A stretch of 52,222 nucleotides of DNA, the filler included, from Catajapyx aquilonaris (lineage: Eukaryota), in assembly GCA_000934665.2 (NCBI GenBank). It is 2 parts of 2 records of this genome, joined end to end, with 100 filler letters (N's around TTAATTAATTAA, not from the genome) between each part and the next. Parts side by side here need not be neighbours in the genome. Positions count along the whole stretch, not along the records: positions 1 to 25,967 come from JYFJ02005278.1; 1 more part is not named here. One strand, given 5' to 3'. How positions within the stretch are numbered: the first letter of the stretch is position 1; each line of letters starts with the position of its first letter. The notes beneath the pieces were generated by a model. The model made no database searches, was not told the origin of the DNA, and saw nothing but the letters and a program-made list of their open reading frames with translations. This document shows, one piece after another, positions 1 to 11,300 of the stretch. Position numbers and translations under genes: made by a program.

Positions 1-2120
1 AACATTACAGTACAAAAACAACAAAAAAAAGGTGTGCGTATGGTCCCAACACCATCCACTTCAGCAAAAATGTTCAAGCCAAAAAAGCATCACGGGGTGT
101 AAGCAAATTTTTTTTTCCCTTTGTCTTAACATTTATTCCACCATCTGGTTTTGCATCCATTCCCATTTTTTTGTAGTTGTCACTTTATATTCATGATACA
201 GTTCATAAGGCCCCAGGTGGCATTTATAATGCGTTGCTTTCTGTAAGTCATCCTTTGCCTTGCTATTCTCCCAGAAAAAAGTCCAAAGTGGTGTAAGTAC
301 ACATGCTGCCAGCTATTGCTGCCCTCACTTGTGGAAAATAACAGGCCAATCGAACCATGTGCTGGCAGTAGGATGCTTTCTTTGTATTGGTGAGGAGCCA
401 GCTCTTGTGTAGCACAAATATCTACCTGGTAAACCATGCACTAGCAAACTGCACACCTACAGAGGCCAAAATCGTGACTTTTTGGCTTTTTATGTTGAAA
501 CGCTTCGTTTTCTATGACAGCAAGGGGGGGAGGGGGGAAAAGAATATTACAACATGTGATGTGCTCACTTTTGCATCCGCAATTCTATAGAAAACAAAAG
601 GCATAGAATTTGGAGCAAATAATGAAAGCACAAGTAGTATTCAAATCATCTCTCACTTTCAACGCTACTTTACAGTTTACACTACATCTACATATATTTC
701 CCTTGACTTCAATTTTGGCGCCTCTGCAGGGAACAACAAAAAAAAAACAGTCATAATACACCTTTCAAACACTGTATGATACACAAAGCTGGCATTTTTC
801 CCATCTTCCCCACTCTCCTTTTTTTTTCTTTTCTTTTAATCAGCTGTTGCTGGAATGCATGTTGGGGCTATAATAAGTCAACCCCACACTCCTCACTATG
901 CAGTCATATCTACAAAAAAAGAGACTTACGTAGGGATATTGGATCTCTCACACTTTCTCCTTTTGTTCGCCTATTCCGCACATTATTTTATGACAAACAA
1001 AAGGCACTACTGCAACTCACTTGTCTCATTACTGATGAGGAGTGTTTGGGGATGGAGTTGGAGTGAAAAGGGGTGGGGATGGTAAACGGCAATTCTCTCC
1101 CGACACTCTGGCAGAGGAATGCCAACGAGGGGAGAAAACGAGGCTTATTCATCCTCAAAGAACTATTCTGAGTGAAAACAAAAGTTCCTGCTCCTTCCAT
1201 GATCATGAAAAAGACATACTGTTCCTTTTCCCCCCCCCACATGCAGTAAATGAACATGAGACCACAAAAGCACACATCAAATTTGAAAAATCAACCAACC
1301 CAAACATGGAGCAGATCTCATTTTTCATGGGACAAGGAAAATGATTAACCCTGAGAGTTAGTAGTGTCCAGCATCCCTATTGTTCAATTTTTTTTTTTCA
1401 TTATTATTTTTTAAACTTCGTTTACAGTGTTTAAACTACTTGTGCACCATCAAGGCAGTTTTATTCTAGCACCATTTTTAATTATCTCTTTGCCTTCTCA
1501 TCTCGCTCGTTTTTTTGTAAATAGCTTTAGAGGACTGAATCATGTGCTACAGTTTCCTGCGCACAAAGGAATAGGGGGAAGGTAAGAGGAGAGATCTGGA
1601 CACATTAAAACTTGGTGTGAATGAAAACTCAGAAGATGAGACAGGTACAGGGGAGGGCAGTATCTAATCTGGATGGGTCTAGGCAGCAATAGAATGGGCG
1701 AGATGAGCCAAAATAATAAAGATAAGAGGGGGGAAAAAATAATAACAACTGATAACGACAACCAAACACAGCCACCCTTCCCCAATCCACAAACGTTCCA
1801 ACCTGTTTCCCACCTCGCTTGTGTCTCACTGCTCTTCTACACAACTACCTACCCACATCACCTGCAATAATGGCATTTTGCTAAGTTCAGTACTGCGCTT
1901 AACTGTACTTAACAAAATCCCACAACCAACGAGCTATAATGTTGCAGGCCTTTTACCACATGCAGGATCAGGCAGGGTTTGGAAAATTAGGGTGGTTGGG
2001 AGAGGAGAGCAAGTCGCCTTCTTTTTGTTTAAAAAATAATAATAATAATATAGATTTCTTCTAAAAAGAAAAGCCTTTTGTCATATTTTTTGTAGTTTTC
2101 CATATATCTTCATCAGGAGG

Positions 2121-2366
2121 CTAGTCCAGACTGCCTCCAAGGTGTCCATTGGTCACAACCCCATTACTGCTACCACCATTGACCACATGTCCATTCTGGT
2201 GCAGGCCACCATTGGCATCACCATTGGTGGTAGTACCATTGCTAATGGTGCTCCCATTGGACATCCCAGCTGCGGAGGTGCGGTGGCGGATTGTGCCATT
2301 TGCGATCTTTGTGGCTTCGTGGATCTTGCCGTTGGTGCCATTTGCTGTCTTTTTGCCAGTATCGAT
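2121..2366 (-). CDS. ELOVL: Gene A terminal coding exon (IDTGKKTANGTNG...NGHLGGSLD*), Asn-Gly-rich tail
   Basis: Pyrimidine-rich acceptor ending CCAG, phase 0, 81 codons plus TAG; the NG-rich tail parallels the terminal exon of gene B. Confidence 0.85.
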   Translation of the reverse strand: MDTGKKTANGTNGKIHEATKIANGTIRHRTSAAGMSNGSTISNGTTTNGDANGGLHQNGHVVNGGSSNGVVTNGHLGGSLD

Positions 2367-5300
2367 CTGGTAGCATCATCAAGTTGAAAAGGCAGAGAAA
2401 ATTGGAGAACAAGAAAGAAAAAAACACATTAGATTCATTGGAATTGACAACTGGCAGTGTCATAAGGGGGGGAAAATTTTAATTTCCCATCACAACATAG
2501 CTTGTAAACCCAAGGTCTTATCATATTACCAATTCCATTAAAATAAATGTGCGATGTGAAGTGATTATGTCACACCATGTTGATAGTAAACTCAGCACTG
2601 TAACCATAACATGTGGTGTGCCACTCAGTTTTTTCTTTAAATTTTGGATGAGGAAGAAAAACCTGCTGGCCTCTTGTTGCTAACATGTAATGGTCAAAAC
2701 TGCTAGAGTCTTGCCAGAGACTTGCCACCTCCTAACTATGCAGATACTAAAGCAAACATAATTTTAGAGGTACTCGTAAAATAGGCCATACTGGCTTAAC
2801 TTTCGGGTGGAAATGTTTCCTGGGTTTGGAGGAAGTCATTTATGAAAAATCTGAGAGGTCAAGGTCAACCTAAATCTCTTGCAGGATTTTATTGCTTCTG
2901 CAATAGGCAAAAAAAAAAAAAGCTTGAGACCACTAAAAATTTATGGCCTTCTTTGATGCAATATTTTGTGGTTAGATATGCATGTTTCTTTCCTTTCTGT
3001 TAGTAGAAAAGTGAAAAAATCTACCCAGAAACCACATTACAGTCAAGTTTTGGTAACAATTTCTTTTTCACCATTGTCACGCAAATATGTAATGTCTGTT
3101 CTATTATGGTTAAAAATTCTGTGGATGTACTATGCATGGTGTAACAGTAGATGTTAACAAAAGGCTTGTTTTGGGTAGCAGCCAATGGTGATAATTTCAA
3201 AGATTGTATGAGTATGCGACATATCATTGGCATGCAAGTGAAACTAACTCAGTCCAATATTGGCAATAATCATTTTTAGTTATGTACCCCACTTGTAAGT
3301 AGAATACATGTCCAAGCCCCTAAGGTGGAAGCTAATGATCTTAATGGCATTTGCATTATTTTCATTGCTATCGGGCAGTGTCTTTGTCACAGCTGAACGC
3401 CTAGTAACCCAGATTTATAGAGCGTCCCCTGCAGTTGACACCTCAGCGATTACAAAATCAGACTTTAGAATTTAAACATATTAATACTGTAATCCTTGGA
3501 CACTTGTATAGAAGTTAGACATTCAGTTATTGTTAGTTTGTCATTTGCGCATAAGTAGAATAAAATTTTTAAAAATTAAACAAAAAATAATTCAGTCATA
3601 TCTGGGTTAAAGGGACACTCCACTCAAAAAACAAGTTTGACTCTAAAAATCGGGCAAAAAATCCTGAATCTCTGGGTGCAATTCGTTTTTCGCTACGCGG
3701 AACAGTAATCCCAGGGCGAGGTGTCAAAATGTGCCGTCTGCTAATGAGCGGCGCGGGGAACAGGGGAACTGGAGGGCTGCACCACTCTGGGATGGGCCTA
3801 AGCGCGCAGGCAGGCGGGAGCAGCCCTCCAGTTCCCAAGGTCCCGAGGGCGTCACTGGCGGAAGGCCACCTTCTAGTGCACTATTTGAATTTCCCCACTT
3901 TGACCCCTCGCCCTGGGATTACTGTTCCGCATAGCGAAAAACGGATTGCACCTTCGGATTCAGGATTTTTTGCCCGATTTTTAGAGCCAAACTTGTTTTT
4001 TGAGTGGAGTATCCCTTTAAGGATGGACATCCCAAAATTAGTTCATGCTCAAATGCAGAAAACATTAACAACAAAAAGAACTTGAATGAGGGAGAAAGTC
4101 TCCAGCAGATGCCAATTTTTCTTGGAGCAGGCCTACACCACTCGTAAGTAATAATCTGACTTCACCAAAAAGAAACACACCTGGTTGACACAAAAGCCCT
4201 TCCAGCCCAATGCACAAAAATACACACAAAATAAGGATAAGGGCTATTTAGAGGTGGGTCCTGGCGCTCGATATTTACCTCATATATGTCCGGGGAAGTA
4301 TTAAAACAGAGCAGTCTTGAGATAATCCGAATTGCCGATCTTATGGTCCCTCCCTAAAAGAACAATCATTTTAATAGAGTGGGACACAATGTCAAGTTTG
4401 TGCAGCAATTTCCTCAGTATTATTCTTTCATGTCAGGGCAGATAAAATTTTCTCATGCTCTACATTTTCCCAGTTGTTGAATCTTCCCAAACTACTCCAG
4501 AGCCAGCACCACCATAACTGAACAAGAATTACCAAGAACAAAATATTATAAACAAACAAAAAGTACAAGTGAAGGTCATGCATATCAGAAGCCAGCCTCA
4601 TATGAAAAGATTACAGACAACTGAGACAAGTGCTCAAATAACGGAAAAGGTGAATGTGCAAGTTATTGACATTTCATCAAGCACATTTATGGCACTCTTA
4701 ATAATTGTATTATCCCATCCCCATTACTATCACACACCCACTTTGTCAGCACAAATATGAGCAAAAAGCACCCATCTACTTTGCAAGATCTTAAAATTGA
4801 TAAACAGTAGATATGCCCAATTTGTTCCCTACAATAAGATAATTTCATGTGCTTTTCTAAGCAATAACCCTGTCATGAGCTGGACCATGCAATAAGCACA
4901 ATGACCCGAGTTTTCTCCAACGCCAGTATTTATGATTCTTTGGGCTCCCCTGCTCCAGATGCAGATCCAAAATAATACCACGAGTGCAACAGTAGCCCAG
5001 TTTTTCTAAAGTGCCCTATTTCCAACCCACTAACATGTGTTGCAAACACATGATAACTTTCACTCCCCCACACACTCATATCAAAAGTCCTATATCCATT
5101 CACTCACACATGCTCTGCTTATTATTATGGTGAGAATCAATCAAAGAGCCATTTCCCATCCAATCCCCTGTGAACCAATTAATCCATTTGTTCCCTACCC
5201 CACATATGCTGCAGGGTAAATGAACCAAAATAAAACTGACACACTTGAAGGTGGGCAATAACAGTGCAAATGCTGATGGCAGGCACAGTTGTTCCCATAG

Positions 5301-8300
5301 AAAGGGAACCCCTCCAATTAAAACCATCCAGATCACCCATCCTTTCTCTGCAAACATGTGTACAGGTTGGAGCAAATCGCCTCACCTTTTTGGGCCTCCT
5401 GTAGTAGGCTTTCCTGTAAAAGTCCAAGAAAAGGACAAGGAAAAGGAGGGCATGACCTCCAATCCACCACACAAATCCACGAGGATAGTTGCACTCAACG
5501 AACAGCAGTTGGAATGCGTGAGTTATGATGCACACAAACTGGACCTGCAATCATTGGATAGACAAATTTCATGTTAACTCTGAACATAAGTGCCTTTCAT
5601 AAAATCACAATAATAATAAAAGCTAACCATCTGAAAAGTTGTGAGGTATCGCTTCCACCAGAGGTACTTGTGATATCTTGGCCCCATAGCTGCCATCATG
5701 TAGTACAAGTACATGACGACATGTACGAACGTGTTCAGTAAGCCAAAGAAAGTGCTGTGGCCGCCTGTTGGAAGAATTCATTTCAATCGCTGCATTAATA
5801 AGTTCCACCCCATATACACTCTCCACCCTCACACAAGACTCACCAGGGGTGAATTTAACTCCAAACCATACACTCATAGGCATGATGCCATGGTGGATGA
5901 CGTGCAGATGTGACACGTGTTGGAACTTTTTCCGCATGGTGAAAAAGAACTGAAAGGGTGTGGGATTATGATTACATCTGCACCTGATTAATTCCTTATC
6001 GTGGCTTAATTGGAGCTGGTATTCTCACCGTGTCGAAGAACTCTGTGAACTTGGAGAAGTAGTACCACCAGCATGCATGGACCATCTGAAATTGACCACA
6101 GTGCAAGTGCTTTGCCCTTGTTTTCTTCGACCAGAATTATACACCTTGCCAATTACATGCTAAAACTTGATTACATGATGCTACTAGATAGGGCACACAA
6201 CAACATTCATGCATGACTTCAATTGTTCACCATTACAACTAGCTTCCAGGGCACATAAAGCCTTATCTAAACAAAGGGAACAGCAAAGTTCATATCTTCC
6301 AATAAATTCTCTATTTTCAAGATTTACAACCATTTTAACCAATTGTTAGATTTCTATGCCTGCCTGGAATGTGTGATGTCTTGAGATTCTGACATCATGC
6401 CAGGAAGCAGTCATACATGGTCACATGTAAACACTCTTATCTGTAAGCAGTAGATGCTGCGGAAAGTCTAAAGTCTCTACCAATAATGAACAAATTAACA
6501 AATCAAGAGAAAAGTACTAATGTCATGCAAAATGGTTCCTGTGAAGCTTGCACTAAACTTCCTTGATAAATCCTGTTCTGAAAGCTGGACAAACTTCTGC
6601 CAAGCACTGGGCATACTTGCTCTACGACAGCCAGCTTAATATGCTTGTCAACACAGGAACCTGACACACATACTCACTCCTACCTAATGCACTAGACTAC
6701 ATATAACACTGTTAGTACGAGCGATTCGGGGCAACCATTCCAACTGTGATTCTAACAGGAAGTGTCTCTTGTAACTATCAATGCTTCAATTTGCATTAGA
6801 AAAAAAAGGCAGCATGCAAGCCTCAGGAACTAGGGGACTGAGACGCAACCTGCCGGAATCCCGGTTCTTTTCCTGCCCTGTACCATTTTTGTGAGAGCAG
6901 CAGCGACTCACCCTCAGCGATAGGGGATGGTTTGAATAGTCGATTGGCTGGCAACGCAAACTATAGCTTGTCAACCACCCTGACATCAATAACTGAAAAC
7001 AAACCATGCTTATCGTCATCACCGACTTTTCATAAAACATGCCAAAACTGGCTTATTCTTCACAACGGAGGTAGGGCCATAGGTGGAAAGAAGGTGACAA
7101 ATATTGTGTGCAGTGAGCACGACACTTCACATTTTCACAGACACATATACACCCATGGCAAGGTTAAGTACAGAAGTAGAAGAGGTATACAGCTACAAAG
7201 GTTAAGCCGAGTTAAGCCTAAAGCAATAACATCCAAAATCACTTCCTTGTCTACCCAAGCAGTGAAGTTACTAACATGGAACCTCAGAGCTTCACTTTGG
7301 TTCCACCATTGCCAGGCCACTGAACAAACTTGGCCTTAAATTATCACATCTTTCAAAACTTGTACTATTAGGTCAGGTCCACAAAACAACCCCATGCTCA
7401 AGGTGCACGTTGAATATTGCAAATTATAATTGTAATTGTTAGGAACATGCAACAATGCTCATCCAGAAGCATCCTCCAACATTGATTTGGTCCACATAGG
7501 AGGCTAACCATAACCATTGTTCCACATCTCCCCTTCAAAGTTCACATTCTTTTATTACCTTGTGCTTAAGTTCCACCTTTAGAGTAATTAAATCACATTT
7601 TCCATCCGCACGAACCATAAAAATCAAAACACATTCCCACCCATGAGTACTAACAGAGGTCCATTTGTAACCGCATCGTTCAAGGGCTACACAGTAATGT
7701 TATGCCTGATACAACAGCTGCAAATGCTTGCAACTGCATGTAACATATCTGCTAATTCTATGGTTAAATGCCCACTCTTGGAACATCCTGATCACATGCC
7801 CATGCACCACCAGAGTATATATGATGGCATGCTCCCATCTTTTTCAGCGTTGTCGTGTCACAACCTACCAAAACTGGACTATCCACTGATGCAATGACAA
7901 CATCTGCAGGATGCACCTAAATTCATATTACGTGTCATGCAAAAGATTCACTTGTTTCGTCATGAGTAAATTGAGTTTTCATTAATTCAGTGTTACAGAT
8001 TTAATTACTTACCCACTTTATTCACTTGAGCACTCCATTTTAATGATATTTGTCATTTTTCATCATGACCCACATTAATTGTGGCTGTTAAAAGTACAAT
8101 CAAGGAATGAACCGATCCTTCTTTAAGATGTGGCGTATCCAATATGCAAAAACCAAAGTCAATAAAATTCAGCTAATTCCACCAAGCAGGCTGGGAAAAT
8201 TCAGAATTTACTGTAGCAAGTGTAAAATGATCCAAAGTGCTTCACAAAGCTAAAAGAAGTTTCCACATAAAGACAATCATAGAAGCTTTCACATGACATG

Positions 8301-11300
8301 TGATATGAATTTTAATTCACATCCAGTGAAGACTCAGTACTAAAAAAAATAGCTTTCACCTTCACTACCATTCGGAACTGCCTCATACAGACTTGTTGTG
8401 AGTCTGGATTCCTGGCTTGAAAGTTGCACAATGTCAAATCTTCCCACCAAAAACAAGGTCAGACACATTAGCCCATGAGAACAGAGAAGTCAAGAAGAGA
8501 CAGTCTGAGGAAGTTGGAAGGAGTCATCCCCAACAAAGTGGAGGTAACTAACCAACACACACTTGCATGTCTCACTATTTTGAGTGCAGAGTCATGCTGC
8601 AGACAGTGTGACGAGCATCTTGATGAGCTGTCCTCCAGTAATCAAGTCTCACAATGGTCCACAATTACAAGTAAATGAGGAAGTTGATAAATATGTTGCC
8701 AAATAAGTAAACAAATATTAAAATAAAAATTATTCAAACTGAAAATTGGCAGATGTCCTGTACATATGTTTAGGCGTAATATGTTGCTGAGGTACCACAT
8801 ATATATTTTAAATAGTAATCACATATTGCTTCACCTTTCCTATGTAAATGCTGTACATGGAAGATCTCTGGCAGCAAACTGAAAGTCATACCAACCACAT
8901 GATGCAAAGTTCTGATCTGTGAAGAAAACTTCAGGTTCCTATATCACCGTAGCACACGAGTGTTCAGTGATCGTCAAATAGTTCCATTGTCCTCTTAATT
9001 GCACTGATTATTATCTCTATGCCTTATTTTCTGACATTTTCAAAACTTAAATGCAATTAATCATTTTAATTAATTGTTAACATTACAACAATATTAAATA
9101 AAAATTTAGCATGTTCATGTATCAATTAGCATTTGTTCCATATTACTTATTATTATTACGTAATGTAGGTCCGTTGTCACACATACACAAAACACTGGAC
9201 TTTCGAGTATTTGATAGGATACTACTAACTCACAAGTGCAATTCTGTACCACATTATTGTCACTTACCCCACCATTGGTGCCCCAACATCACTCTGCATT
9301 CCTACTTTGAAGTAAGAAATCCATTCATCCAGGGGACAAATAAAATGACCCAGTTCATGATTCCCTTGGTCTTTCACTCACATGTCCTGCACTGAGCAAG
9401 CAAATTTCTAAATTGCAAGTGCTCCCCACTTTCAGTAGTCAGTGTCTATGAAATTTTGCAATATGCTGAAAACTTTTCTAGGAACATAGTTGGTATGACC
9501 TTCAGTATGTTGGCCCCATTATTGTCTCCTGAGACTCCACTTACACGAGGGTAAAATATGATGTTACCCATTCCCTTACACCATTAACAATTCCAACCCA
9601 ACCAGCACCAATCACTCTGTCATATGTGCAACCAACCACTCACTGATCATGATTTTATAAATATATGCTATATATTTGCATGGTGGACATTGCTGAGGTG
9701 CTCCAAAACAAAAATGGCACGGAGGATCTCCCCAAAATGATTGCTGTACATGGTGGATCAACCTCTCCATTTGTAAGTTTCCCAACCTCTTTTTTTTGTA
9801 CAACAGGAGAGTGAAGTTGAGGTGAGTGGAAAAGGATATAAAGGACAGAGCTAAGATAAGAAGTTGATCCTCCAGATATTTGCTGCTAAATTCTGGAAAT
9901 TCATGCGGGAAGGTCCCAGCCACTCACCCTAATTGCCATGTCCGAATTGGAATAGTCAACTGGTTGACATACAAATGAGTACCCGTGAAACCAGCCTCCT
10001 CGACCATACTGCAAGCAGATGATACAGTTTAAACAAGGTGCTTACTTGTTTGGAAATCCCATAGCATAACATGACACTTGAGTATATGAGATGTGCAGCT
10101 GGTTTTTGAATGATGGTGAACTCCAATCTCAAATCGACAATGGCCAAATTATAGAAATTTCTCTTTTTGTTACTGTATCCACTGAATTTGGGCAGGTCAT
10201 TAGGCCATTGCTCATGACTACTTAAACAGTGGCCTCTGGATTTGTTAAAGCAGTAAATCCTTTCAGGTGCACAAGTCATTATTGTTAGTGTCATATTGAC
10301 AATGGTGTTAAGAAAAGTAAGCGTAACCTGCAGTCAAGAGCAATGTGGTATAGCTGTCACACAGCAATGAATTGCTTAACGACTGCTGGTGGTTGAGAAA
10401 GAAACTTAACCTGCCGATGCTACAGGGAGAAAATAAAAAGGGAGGCTGTAAAAAGAAACACCAGGATATGAATGGTAGTCATCTGACTTCAAGAGTAAAA
10501 GGCGTGAAGGTGAAGTACTGTACATATGTAAATAAGCTTAACTACATGTGAAAGAAATGAAAAGAGATGAAACGTTTCTGCATGTACCCAACAACTCAAC
10601 AACCTCGTGGGAGACTCAAGAGATACCTGAGGTCAGTCATTTTTAAATGGTGCAGTGCATGTGTCACGATGTAACCACCTTTACTGCTACGTATGACATT
10701 TAACATAAGAAGCACACGTAACATCAATGTGACAATCCCAAGCAAACACTCTTTGTGACTACAACCAAATGTGAACAGAGACAAGGAGTGGAAAAAAACA
10801 CCAGAAGTTCTACAGAATGAAGTCAACAGTGTTTAGAAGAAGAGAATATCTTAATCATTAATCTCTCAATACTTGTGTTATGTTGTCCACCCTTGTGAAC
10901 TGCAAATGAACAAGTACTACATCCCAAGGTCATCAGGGGTGGAAGTCACATTCACAAGCAGCCAGTAACCCAGGTACTATTTTTCATAATTTTCCCCACT
11001 TCACCTCTATTGGCTGTGAATATTCTGCTGCCATTATTATGTGTTCCGGCCTTTTAGTAATTTCCCCATGGGTTTCTAATGAGATAGTATTGCGCCAATA
11101 TGTTGTATGTCCAGGGCACAAATCATATTGTGGCAGGCATGCTCCATAATTGCAAGAAATAAATTGGGTTTCAAGAACAGGTGTGAAACAAAATTCTGCA
11201 ACATTCTCCTATGCATTAATTGAAAAACTAAACTATTGGAGTGTCAGGACAAGGTTTCACATCCCATTTTACCTGACAACTACCTGAGGATCATAACAGC

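Noticed and set aside
1935..2120. Possible stop-codon readthrough of gene A (TAG-C followed by about 60 open codons)
   Set aside because: The extension runs through TAT and poly-T/A low-complexity UTR-like sequence, TAG is not the usual leaky context, and there is no conservation evidence.
2142..2482. ORF-track calls overlapping the last exon of gene A
   Set aside because: They are antisense or out-of-frame shadows of the real NG-rich exon 2366-2121.
3596..4085. Mirror-image ORFs sharing LTPRPGITVPxSEKRIAPxDSGFFARFLExNLFFEWS
   Set aside because: They are translations of the two TIRs of the MITE, not a protein repeat.
4175..4215. CQP-like motif in the last intron of gene A (third exon-3 copy?)
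   Set aside because: No suitable acceptor, no W/YS/DYS context, and the wrong position in the gene.
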